Shown here piece by piece: positions 26,453-33,995 of a stretch of 64,000 bases of DNA; within the stretch, counting starts at the first letter, position 1, and each line of letters begins with the position of its first letter. Location of the stretch: positions 12,760 to 76,759 of the forward strand of contig DATILI010000168.1 of the NCBI GenBank assembly GCA_035476635.1, written 5' to 3'. Below the pieces are notes generated by a model. That model searched no databases and was not told the origin of the DNA. It saw only the letters and a list, made by a program, of their open reading frames with translations. Source of the DNA: Burkholderiaceae bacterium (lineage in GTDB: Bacteria > Pseudomonadota > Gammaproteobacteria > Burkholderiales > Burkholderiaceae_C). Both the position numbers and the translations under genes were made by a program.

Positions 26453-26842
26453 TCAGCTCATTGCCTGATGGACGAGCAGCGTGTCGGTGAATTGCTCGAA
26501 GGCCACGATCTTTCCATCCTGCAACCGCCAAACGTGGGCCACTCGAGCCTGCATTTCCTTGCCCGTGGCGCGGCAAGTGCCGTGGTAGGTACCTACCCCG
26601 ACAACCTGGTCGCCACCGTCGATCAGGTTTTGCAATTCGAAGCGGTAGCCAATCCAATCCCTGCCCAGAACGGCAAACACGTTGTCGGCAACCGCTTGCG
26701 GCCCGACCCACGTGCCCGCGCAGGGAAAGCCCGCCATCTCGGTCCAGCGCACCTGCGGCGACACGTTGACCATCATCTGGTCGACGTTTCCCTGGGCCGA
26801 CGCCGCGTAGTGGGCACGGACGATGTCGACAGCCGTCGTCAT
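26453..26842 (-). CDS. SnoaL-like / NTF2-fold protein
   Basis: 129 aa. ..VRAHYAASAQGNVDQMM.. and ..FELQNLIDGGDQVVGVGTYHG..RLQDGKIVAFEQFTD fit the typical SnoaL_2 pattern. No signal peptide. Confidence 0.8.
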   Translation of the reverse strand: MTTAVDIVRAHYAASAQGNVDQMMVNVSPQVRWTEMAGFPCAGTWVGPQAVADNVFAVLGRDWIGYRFELQNLIDGGDQVVGVGTYHGTCRATGKEMQARVAHVWRLQDGKIVAFEQFTDTLLVHQAMS

Positions 26843-26846
26843 CGCG

Positions 26847-27746
26847 TCAACCCCACTTCATCTCGCCCTTGGCGACCTTGGCGCCGATCTGCAGCGCCAC
26901 GCCCATGCCGGCACTCGGATAACGCTTGGTCATGGCGGCGATCAGGGCAGCGCTGTCAGCGGCCTTGGCGAGTTCTTCCTCGAACGCCACGAGGTAGTCG
27001 CGGGTGTAGCGGATCGCCGTTGCGTCTGTCGCAGCACCGGGTGCCATGTGGCCAGGGACAACCACGGCAGGCGTGCGCGCTGCCATGGCGTCGAGCGTCT
27101 TCACCCAAGCCGCGCGGGCCTCGGCGCCCTGTGTGTCGGCGGTCCACACGTGAACGCCCGAGAACAGCAGCACGCCGCCGAAGATGGCGTTGAGCGAAGG
27201 CGCCCAGATGTAGCGGCGGTTGGCCAGGCCAGCGGCATCGGCGATCTCGAGGGTCTGGCCTTCCAGGGTGAGGGTCCGGCCGTCGAAGGCTTCGGGCATC
27301 ACGATGTCCGCCAGGGCCTGCGGACCGTTTTCCTTGAGCTGAGGGCCCCAAGTCGCCAGTTTCTTTTCCACGTTGCCCTTGATGGCCGCGATCGTGGCCG
27401 ACGCGGCGATCACCTTGGCCGCTGGAAACGCCGCCTTGATGGGGCCCAGGCTGAAGTAGTAGTCCGGATCGCTCTGGCTGATGTAGATAGTGGTGAGCTT
27501 TTTGCCACTGGCCTTTATCGCCTCGGCCAGCGCCTTGCCGTCGGGAAGCGTGAAGCCACCGTCGATCAGGACGGCCTCGCTCGCGCCGGAAATCAGGACC
27601 GGCGCACGGAAGAATCCGTGCTCGCCTGCGGGAAAGTGCTTCCAGGTCAGTTGGGTAGTTGCAGCCATAGCGTTTTTCACTCCAAGGATGGCCGTCGCGA
27701 CACCCGCGGCGGCTACAGTTTTGATCACGTTTCTTCGCGTTGTCAT
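26847..27746 (-). CDS. Tat-exported MBL-fold protein with a non-canonical metal motif
   Basis: MTTRRNVIKTVAAAGVATAILGVKNAMA is a twin-arginine signal. The MBL-like layout has ..EAVLIDGG.., but the HxHxDH position reads IYISQSDPDYY (27459-27479). A later VVPGHMAPG is present. Confidence 0.8.
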   Translation of the reverse strand: MTTRRNVIKTVAAAGVATAILGVKNAMAATTQLTWKHFPAGEHGFFRAPVLISGASEAVLIDGGFTLPDGKALAEAIKASGKKLTTIYISQSDPDYYFSLGPIKAAFPAAKVIAASATIAAIKGNVEKKLATWGPQLKENGPQALADIVMPEAFDGRTLTLEGQTLEIADAAGLANRRYIWAPSLNAIFGGVLLFSGVHVWTADTQGAEARAAWVKTLDAMAARTPAVVVPGHMAPGAATDATAIRYTRDYLVAFEEELAKAADSAALIAAMTKRYPSAGMGVALQIGAKVAKGEMKWG

Positions 27747-27895
27747 GGGGTTGTGCCTTCTACAGAGTTGAATGAAAGGGGGTTGCCAGAAGCGGCTCGA
27801 CAATGAGCTCAAGCGCCCAGCGTTTCGCGCCGAATTCGACAGCGGCACCAACGCCTCTATTGGCTCGTCGTTTGATGCGACCGATGGTACGCACT

Positions 27896-27912
27896 TTCAG
27901 TTGACTCTTGAA
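27896..27912. promoter_or_regulatory. TTCA-N9-TGAA inverted repeat (LysR T-N11-A-like) upstream of the LysR gene
   Basis: Read directly as ttcagttgactcttgaa, 24 nt before ATG 27936, in the divergent region shared with the MBL operon. Confidence 0.3.
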
Positions 27913-27935
27913 CATCTGCCTGCTAAACACAAGGT

Positions 27936-28913
27936 ATGCCAAAGACATACAAACAAGCCGAGAGTGGTCTGGGGGGGCTGGGAAACCTGAGACGCCTGTC
28001 CTACTTCGTGTCCGTGGTGGAAACCGGTTCGTTCACCGCAGCAGCGGAGCGCCTGGGCATCACCAAGGCAGTGGTCAGCCAACAGGTTGCCCGGCTGGAA
28101 AGCGAGTTCCGGACCTCGCTCCTCGTTCGCACCACACGCAACGTGCAGACCACCGAAACCGGGCAAACCTTCTACCTGCGCTGCGCCATGATCCTGCGCG
28201 AAGCAGAGGATGCCTTCGACGAACTGGCGGAGGGGAAAGCAGACCCGTCCGGCACGCTGCGGCTGACGGCACCCTTCGACTACGGCGTCGGAGTCGTTGT
28301 ACCGGTGATCGCTGCTTTCACGCGGCGCTACCCCGCCTGCAAAGTCGACGCCATCCTGAGCGACCAAACGCTGAACATCATGTCCGGCAATATTGAACTG
28401 GCGATCCGAGTTGGGTGGCTGGCTGAGACCAGCCTGCAGTCGCGCAAGATCGGCAGCTTCAGGCAACTGCTTGTGGCATCACCAATCATGGGGCCGCAGG
28501 TGGCACAGCTCGCGCGCCCGGAAGACATTTCCAGGCTGCCGTTCATCGCCAACACCGCCTTGCGTGACCATATGCGATGGCACTTCTCGCTGAACGACAT
28601 CGAACGTCAAGTCGTGAACGTGCAGGCCTCGATTTCTCTTGATGCCACGCTCGCCGTGCGCGAAGCGGTGTGTCAAGGAGCGGGGCTCTCGGTGCTCCCG
28701 GATTTTGCGGTTGCCGACGATCTTGCCGCGGGGCGCCTCATCCAGGTCTTGCCACAATGGCACCTGCCTTCCGGAGGCATTCATGCGGTGTTTCCGGCTG
28801 CGCGCTTTCGTCCGGCGAAGGTCCGGGCATTCGTTGACCTGTTGGCGGACCGAGAGCAGGACAGGGAGCGATCTCTGCAGCTGAACTCGCGGACAGGCGC
28901 ACTGGCGCTCTAG
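27936..28913 (+). CDS. LysR-family transcriptional regulator
   Basis: LRRLSYFVSVVETGSFTAAAERLGITKAVVSQQVARLESEFRTSLLVRTTRNVQTTETG. 325 aa, full length. Confidence 0.92.
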   Translation: MPKTYKQAESGLGGLGNLRRLSYFVSVVETGSFTAAAERLGITKAVVSQQVARLESEFRTSLLVRTTRNVQTTETGQTFYLRCAMILREAEDAFDELAEGKADPSGTLRLTAPFDYGVGVVVPVIAAFTRRYPACKVDAILSDQTLNIMSGNIELAIRVGWLAETSLQSRKIGSFRQLLVASPIMGPQVAQLARPEDISRLPFIANTALRDHMRWHFSLNDIERQVVNVQASISLDATLAVREAVCQGAGLSVLPDFAVADDLAAGRLIQVLPQWHLPSGGIHAVFPAARFRPAKVRAFVDLLADREQDRERSLQLNSRTGALAL

Positions 28914-29977
28914 CGCAGTGCCGCCGTCGACGCCTGCGCCCATGCCAGATGTGCCACGCGTTCGAATCGCGCCGACATGGCGGCTGCATCCGTGCTCGCT
29001 GCCGTTCCGCGTGCGACGCGTCCCCGAATGCCATGGAGGATTGCGGCAAACCGGAACATGTTGAACGCCACATAGAAGTCCAAGTCGGGAATGCCGGCGC
29101 GCCCCGTTCGTTGGCAATATGCCGCTACATACTCCGCTTCCGTCGGTAGACCATGGGCTTTGAGATCGGTGCCCGCTATTCCACCAAGAATGTCTGGTGG
29201 CATCCGATACATCATCGCGTGATAGGCAAAGTCTGCCAATGGGTGACCCAACGTCGACAGTTCCCAATCCAGGATCGCCAGAATCCTCGGCTCTTGGGGA
29301 TGGAAGATCATGTTGTCGGTGCGAAAATCTCCATGAACGATGGAGCATTCATCGTCATCGGGCGCATTCGCAGGTAGCCATTCCAGTAGCCGATCCATAT
29401 CTTCGTTGCGGCCGGCAAGTTCATCTTCCGCGTACTGCTTTGACCACCTGGCGATCTGCCGGCCCACATATTGGCCGGGCTTCCCGTAATCGGCAAGCCC
29501 AACCTCCATGGGGTTTACCTGATGAAGCGCCGCGAGAGCTGCGTTCATTGCATCCTGGTAGGCCGATCGATCTTCGCGGGGTACGTCGGGTAACCGGGCG
29601 TCCCAGAACACGCGCCCTTTCACGTAGTCCATCACATAGAACCAACTGCCGATCACCGTGTCGTCCATGCAGAGCCCCCGAATGCGTGGGACTGGGACAC
29701 TCGTGGAAGCCAGTGCGGCGATCACCCTCGCCTCTCGTTCAATCGCATGCGCGCCCTTCACGACCGGCCCCAAGGGCTTCTTTCGCAAAACATACGAGGC
29801 ATTCGGCGTCTCAAGCAAGTATGTCGGATTCGACTGACCCCCCTTGAATTGGACGAGGCGCAGCGGACCTTCGAAGCCCTCAACCCTTTCTCGCATCCAG
29901 TCTCTCATGCGGCGTTCGTCGATGTGATGGCCTTCGCGCATGGGTATCGTTTGGCCGGCGCCGGAAGGAACGTTCAT
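28910..29977 (-). CDS. APH-family phosphotransferase (acyl-CoA dehydrogenase-associated kinase; LvaA / ACAD10-N-domain-like)
   Basis: Start at MNVPSG (ATGA overlap with the ACAD stop). FKGGQSNPTYLL, VLRKKP and HGDFRTDNMIF (catalytic loop) and DWE are present. Confidence 0.85.
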   Translation of the reverse strand: MNVPSGAGQTIPMREGHHIDERRMRDWMRERVEGFEGPLRLVQFKGGQSNPTYLLETPNASYVLRKKPLGPVVKGAHAIEREARVIAALASTSVPVPRIRGLCMDDTVIGSWFYVMDYVKGRVFWDARLPDVPREDRSAYQDAMNAALAALHQVNPMEVGLADYGKPGQYVGRQIARWSKQYAEDELAGRNEDMDRLLEWLPANAPDDDECSIVHGDFRTDNMIFHPQEPRILAILDWELSTLGHPLADFAYHAMMYRMPPDILGGIAGTDLKAHGLPTEAEYVAAYCQRTGRAGIPDLDFYVAFNMFRFAAILHGIRGRVARGTAASTDAAAMSARFERVAHLAWAQASTAALR

Positions 29978-31173
29978 GAGGACAATCTCCCCAGACTTTC
30001 GGCCTTGATCTTTCTCGCAAGCGACCACTTGTGCACTTCAGTCGGGCCATCGTAGATTCGGAACGCGCGGAGTTCCCGAAAAACCTGCTCGACGATGCTG
30101 TCTCGGGAAACACCGGATCCGCCCATCACCTGGACGCATCGGTCTGCAACCCGGAAGAGACCTTCGGACACCGCCACTTTCGTCATCGAACTCTCCGACA
30201 ATCCGAGTGAGCCGGTGTCCAGAACCAAGGCGCACCAGTCAATCATCAATTCGGCTTGACGAAGGTCAATGGCGTTCTGCGCCAGCATGAAGCCGACACC
30301 CTCGTGATCGATCAGAAGTTTGCCGAAAGCCTTCCGCACGACTGCATACTCGCTGGCGATTTCTTGCACTCTGGTTGCCGCCCCGAGCCATCGCATGCAA
30401 TGGGGTAACCGCGCCGGCGAGAGCCGAACCTGCGCGTAGCCAAAACCCTCCCCCACGGCGCCGAGCACTTGATCGTCGGACACACACAGCCCGGAGATTC
30501 GGACCAGGGCATGCCCGCCAGGCATTGAGCTGTCCAGTGTGTCGATCAGCCTGACGATCTGGACAGCTGGATGCGGAAGGTCCACAAGGAACATCGTCGC
30601 CTCGACCCGCTCCCCGGAGTTGGTCCTGGCCATGATGATGCCCACCGACGCGCCCTGTGCACCCGTGATGAAGGCCTTGGTGCCGTTGATCACCCACTGG
30701 CCGTTCACCCGTTCCGCCGTAGTCTGAAGCATGGAAGGGTCGGAACCGGCGCCTCCTTCCTGCGCGGGTTCCGTCATGAAGAACGCGGACCTCGCGTGAC
30801 CGGATACGAGGGGCGCGAGAAAGCGCTCGCGTTGCGCCGGGGTGCCGACCTTGCCCAGGAGGTACATATTTCCCTCATCGGGTGCGGCGGTGTTCAGGGC
30901 GACCGGACCCAATGGCGACAGCCCGGATTGCTTCAAAACTCGCGCTGTTTCCACTTGGGAGAGGTGCGAGCCATCGGGCCGAATGTGGGGTGTCATCAGT
31001 CCTGCATCGCGCGCCTTCTGCCTGAGTTCCTTGACCAGTTCCTCAGAGGGGCCATGCGAACTTGCGCGTGGGTCCTTTTCATAGGGCGCCACGACATCGC
31101 GGACGAAGTTGCCTACAAGCCGTGCCACTTCCCGGCCATCGCCTGAATTCGCGCATTGGGTCATGAAACTCAA
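29974..31173 (-). CDS. Acyl-CoA dehydrogenase, ACAD10/ACAD11 (FadE2-like) subfamily
   Basis: FFMTEPAQEGGAGSDPS, RLSPARLPHCMRWLG and IYDGPTEVHKWSLARKI match the ACAD10/11-type signature (RLGPGRIHHCMR, DGPDEVH) as I recall it. Confidence 0.9.
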   Translation of the reverse strand: MSFMTQCANSGDGREVARLVGNFVRDVVAPYEKDPRASSHGPSEELVKELRQKARDAGLMTPHIRPDGSHLSQVETARVLKQSGLSPLGPVALNTAAPDEGNMYLLGKVGTPAQRERFLAPLVSGHARSAFFMTEPAQEGGAGSDPSMLQTTAERVNGQWVINGTKAFITGAQGASVGIIMARTNSGERVEATMFLVDLPHPAVQIVRLIDTLDSSMPGGHALVRISGLCVSDDQVLGAVGEGFGYAQVRLSPARLPHCMRWLGAATRVQEIASEYAVVRKAFGKLLIDHEGVGFMLAQNAIDLRQAELMIDWCALVLDTGSLGLSESSMTKVAVSEGLFRVADRCVQVMGGSGVSRDSIVEQVFRELRAFRIYDGPTEVHKWSLARKIKAESLGRLSS

Positions 31174-31210
31174 ACCTTTTTAGAAGCTCAACGGGCCACG
31201 CGTGGCTCGA

Positions 31211-31966
31211 TCAGAGCGAGCTGACCAAATGTCCACCGTCCACAACGAGAGTCGATCCAGTCATGTAGCTGGAGGCATCGGAAGCAAGCAGCAGCAAGGG
31301 GCCGCGCAAGTCTTCCAGGCTCCCGAGCCGCCTCTGCGGAATTCGCCTGACAAGTGCTTCGCCGGGCGGTGACTTCCAGAACTCGGCGTTCAGTTCCGTT
31401 TCCAGATACCCTGGCGCCAATGCATTAACCCGAATGCGGAACCTGGCCAATTCCAAGGCCAGCGATTTCGTCAGCTGGATCACTCCAGCCTTGGAGACCG
31501 CATAGGGAAGCACATTCCCCGCCTGCCGCAGCCCCAGTATGGAAGCTACGTTGATGATGCTTCCGCCACCACGCCCACGCATTCCTTGCGCAACCGCTTG
31601 GGCGACGAAGAACATCCCCTTGAGGTTGGTGTCGAGGACTTCATCCCAATCCGCCTCGCTCTGCTCCAGTGCGGGCCGATCCCTAACTACCCCAGCGTTG
31701 TTGACCAGGATGTCAATCGAGCCCAGCGCCAGCGCCATTGCTTGACGTGAAGCCGCACTCGTCACATCGACGATCAGCGTTGAAGCGGAGCCGCCAGCGT
31801 TCCTGATACGTGACGCCACAGCGTCCAGGGCCTCCAAGCGACGGGCGCCCAGTATGACAGCGGCGCCGTGGGCGGCCAGCGTTTCGGCGAAATACGCGCC
31901 TATTCCCGACGATGCTCCGGTGACGAACGCCAGTTTTCCCTTGAGCATGCTCTCGTTCACGACCAT
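31211..31966 (-). CDS. Short-chain dehydrogenase/reductase (SDR)
   Basis: Start at MVVNESMLKGKLAFVTGASSGIG (TGxxxGxG). NNAG and YAVSKAG (YxxxK) are present. The upstream part of ORF 31211..32158 is AT-rich promoter sequence. Confidence 0.88.
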   Translation of the reverse strand: MVVNESMLKGKLAFVTGASSGIGAYFAETLAAHGAAVILGARRLEALDAVASRIRNAGGSASTLIVDVTSAASRQAMALALGSIDILVNNAGVVRDRPALEQSEADWDEVLDTNLKGMFFVAQAVAQGMRGRGGGSIINVASILGLRQAGNVLPYAVSKAGVIQLTKSLALELARFRIRVNALAPGYLETELNAEFWKSPPGEALVRRIPQRRLGSLEDLRGPLLLLASDASSYMTGSTLVVDGGHLVSSL

Positions 31967-31993
31967 TCCTTCAGCCAATTCAGATTCTTGTAC

Positions 31994-32023
31994 ATTGTAG
32001 ATCGATATTGTAGGATGATATTG
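31994..32023. promoter_or_regulatory. 13-bp-period direct repeats ATTGTAG.. (two full units and one partial) in the GntR/SDR divergent promoter
   Basis: Read directly as attgtagatcgat attgtaggatgat attgccc. It lies between the SDR start (31966) and the GntR start (32088), in an AT-rich context. Confidence 0.35.
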
Positions 32024-32087
32024 CCCATATAAATCATAGGATAATAGGTTTGACCGCCAGCCCCTCGCCCACTCAAACCTGCATCTC

Positions 32088-32741
32088 ATGTCGCTTGACG
32101 CAACCGCGGAAAATCCCACTCCTACTGCTGCCGACGCAGTCTTCTTCGGCATATTCAATGGGGTTGAGTCGCAGACGTTCGTACCTACGCAGCGATTGGT
32201 AGAGTCCGACCTGGCTGCCCAGTTCGGCGTCGGCAGAAACTCAGTGCGCGAGGCGCTTCAGAGGCTGGCCGCTGAAGGGTTGGTCGACCTTCACAGGTTT
32301 CGTGGTGCGTCGATTCGCTTCCTCAGCAGCGAAGAAACGGGGCACGTCCTCGACGTTGCCGAGTCGATGACCGCCCTGCTGGCCAGGACGGCGGCCCGTT
32401 CCAGCACCCCTGGAAACGCCACCCCGCTGAAGGTCGCACTGCAGGACCTCGTAGCGGCTCACAAGGCCGACGATTCAGCGCTGTTTGGTGTAGCGCGACG
32501 CCGCTTCTACAGGGGGTTACTGGACATCGGCGGGAACCAGGAGCTGCGACGCCTGTTTCCCACCATTCAGATGCCGATCGTCTATGCGCAGTACCGGATT
32601 CCTGGCCTCCGGGCCATGCGCGTCACAGACTATCGGCAAATAGGCGAAAGAGTTCTGGCGGGCGACATTCGAGGCGCCGAGAGCGCGGGCCGCGCGCACG
32701 TGCGCCATGTTCGCGCCGCCATCGAGAGAGTATCGATCTGA
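32088..32741 (+). CDS. GntR-family transcriptional regulator (FadR/FCD subfamily)
   Basis: ..PTQRLVESDLAAQFGVGRNSVREALQRLAAEGLVDL is a GntR wHTH, followed by a helical FCD-like C-terminal domain. Confidence 0.88.
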   Translation: MSLDATAENPTPTAADAVFFGIFNGVESQTFVPTQRLVESDLAAQFGVGRNSVREALQRLAAEGLVDLHRFRGASIRFLSSEETGHVLDVAESMTALLARTAARSSTPGNATPLKVALQDLVAAHKADDSALFGVARRRFYRGLLDIGGNQELRRLFPTIQMPIVYAQYRIPGLRAMRVTDYRQIGERVLAGDIRGAESAGRAHVRHVRAAIERVSI

Positions 32742-32751
32742 CTCGGCACTC

Positions 32752-32797
32752 AATAGCCAGTTGACGCAAGACAGCGATTTTTTTGGCTTCCTATATT
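32752..32797 (+). repeat. Conserved ~46-nt intergenic motif, copy 1 (TAGCCAnTTGACGCAAGACnGCGATTTTT..GG.TTC.TATATT)
   Basis: Aligns by eye with 43081..43125 at about 39 of 46 columns. It lies just after the GntR stop, with no downstream plus-strand gene. Confidence 0.6.
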
Positions 32798-32942
32798 TGA
32801 CACTGGGTGTGTCCGGAACGCCAGCGCATCGTCGTCGGCTCGTCGATGCTGACCACGCACTCTCTTTGGCCCATGCCTCAGATCCGGCCGTTTTTCGCGC
32901 ATCACTAGCTAGGCGCTATGAGTGTTGGGCAGCGCAGATAGT

Positions 32943-33899
32943 TTAGTTAGGCCGGCCGCACGTGGCGTGATGAGGCGCTTGGCCAGGCGGCCTGAGCGCG
33001 GGCGCCTGCTCCGCAAACAGCTCGGTGATCACCTGCCGCAGCCAGCGATTGCCAGGATCGGCCTCGAAACGCCGACTCCAGTGCAATGACACCGTGAAGT
33101 CGCGCAGCGGCAACGGGGGCTCGACGATGGCGTAGCCGCCCTCGAAGCCTCGTGCGATGTTGCGTGGCATTACAACCGCCAAGTCGGTTGCCTTCACGAT
33201 GGACGGCAGCACCATGAAATGCTCGGTGGTCAGGCGCAGCCGGTCTTCGAGGTTCAACAGCTGCAGAATGCGCAAGGTGTCGGCATGGGTGCGCACCGAG
33301 ACGAATTCGAGCTTGCGCAAATCGTCGAGCAGGGCCTGGCCACTGCGGCGCTTGCGCGTGAACGGATGGCCTTCGCGCAGCAGCACGATGTAGCGGTCTT
33401 TCAGCAACTGCGTGCGCTGGGTTTCTTTGACGGTGGGCAGGAAGCCGAACGCGAAATCGACGCGCCCGCTGTCCAGCGCGTCGGTAATCTCGCCCTTGGG
33501 CAGTGGCTGGGTTTCGATGCGTACCCCGGGCGCCAACTGGCGCAACGCCACCATCAGGCCGGGCAGGAAGCGCCCTTCGCCAATATCGCTCATGTGGATG
33601 CGAAAGAGCCGGCGCGATTGCAGCGGCTCGAAGTCGGCCGACTCGTGAAGCGCCTGCTCGATGGCGCCGAGCGCGCTGCGCACCGCGTCGGCCAGGCGGT
33701 CGGCCCTGGGGGTGGGCTGCACGCCACGACCGGCACGCACGAAAAGCGGGTCCTTGATCAGCAACCGTAGCCGCGTCAGGCCCTGGCTGGCGGCGGGCTG
33801 CGTCAGGCCCATCAACTCGGCCGCGCGGCTGACGTTGCGGGTGCGGTACACCGCGTCAAACAGCCGCAGCAGATTCAGGTCAACGTCTTTTATATGCAT
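32943..33899 (-). CDS. LysR-family transcriptional regulator (divergent from the mdlC operon)
   Basis: MHIKDVDLNLLRLFDAVYRTRNVSRAAELMGLTQPAASQGLTRLRLLIKDPLFVRAGRGVQPT. Confidence 0.92.
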   Translation of the reverse strand: MHIKDVDLNLLRLFDAVYRTRNVSRAAELMGLTQPAASQGLTRLRLLIKDPLFVRAGRGVQPTPRADRLADAVRSALGAIEQALHESADFEPLQSRRLFRIHMSDIGEGRFLPGLMVALRQLAPGVRIETQPLPKGEITDALDSGRVDFAFGFLPTVKETQRTQLLKDRYIVLLREGHPFTRKRRSGQALLDDLRKLEFVSVRTHADTLRILQLLNLEDRLRLTTEHFMVLPSIVKATDLAVVMPRNIARGFEGGYAIVEPPLPLRDFTVSLHWSRRFEADPGNRWLRQVITELFAEQAPALRPPGQAPHHATCGRPN

Positions 33900-33920
33900 T
33901 TATCTAATACTACATAGTCT

Positions 33921-33936
33921 GATCATTGTATTGATC
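33921..33936. promoter_or_regulatory. GATCA-N6-TGATC inverted repeat, candidate LysR operator
   Basis: Read directly as gatcattgtattgatc, in the 96-nt AT-rich region between LysR (33899) and mdlC (33996). Confidence 0.35.
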
Positions 33937-33995
33937 CATGACAGGCTTGCGCCGAAGATTCACCGCAGACGCATCCTCACCTCAGGAACCCTCAG

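Noticed and set aside
28910-28913. Convergent LysR and kinase genes share overlapping stop codons within the palindrome CTAG.
   Set aside because: This is a trivial consequence of tail-to-tail packing. There is no evidence of regulatory meaning.
32761-32797. Reading the repeated motif as a plain sigma70 promoter (TTGACG ... TATATT) or as a sigma54 promoter (TGGC..).
   Set aside because: The hexamers are separated by 25 nt (24 nt in copy 2) instead of about 17. The TGGC-to-TTG spacing does not fit the -24/-12 GG-N10-GC rule in either copy. I therefore report it only as a conserved motif of unknown role.
32707-32946. 79-aa plus-strand ORF spanning the GntR stop and repeat motif copy 1.
   Set aside because: It starts inside the GntR coding region and has no RBS or recognisable domain. 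It runs across an obviously non-coding AT-rich motif and ends overlapping the convergent LysR stop. It is more likely non-coding.
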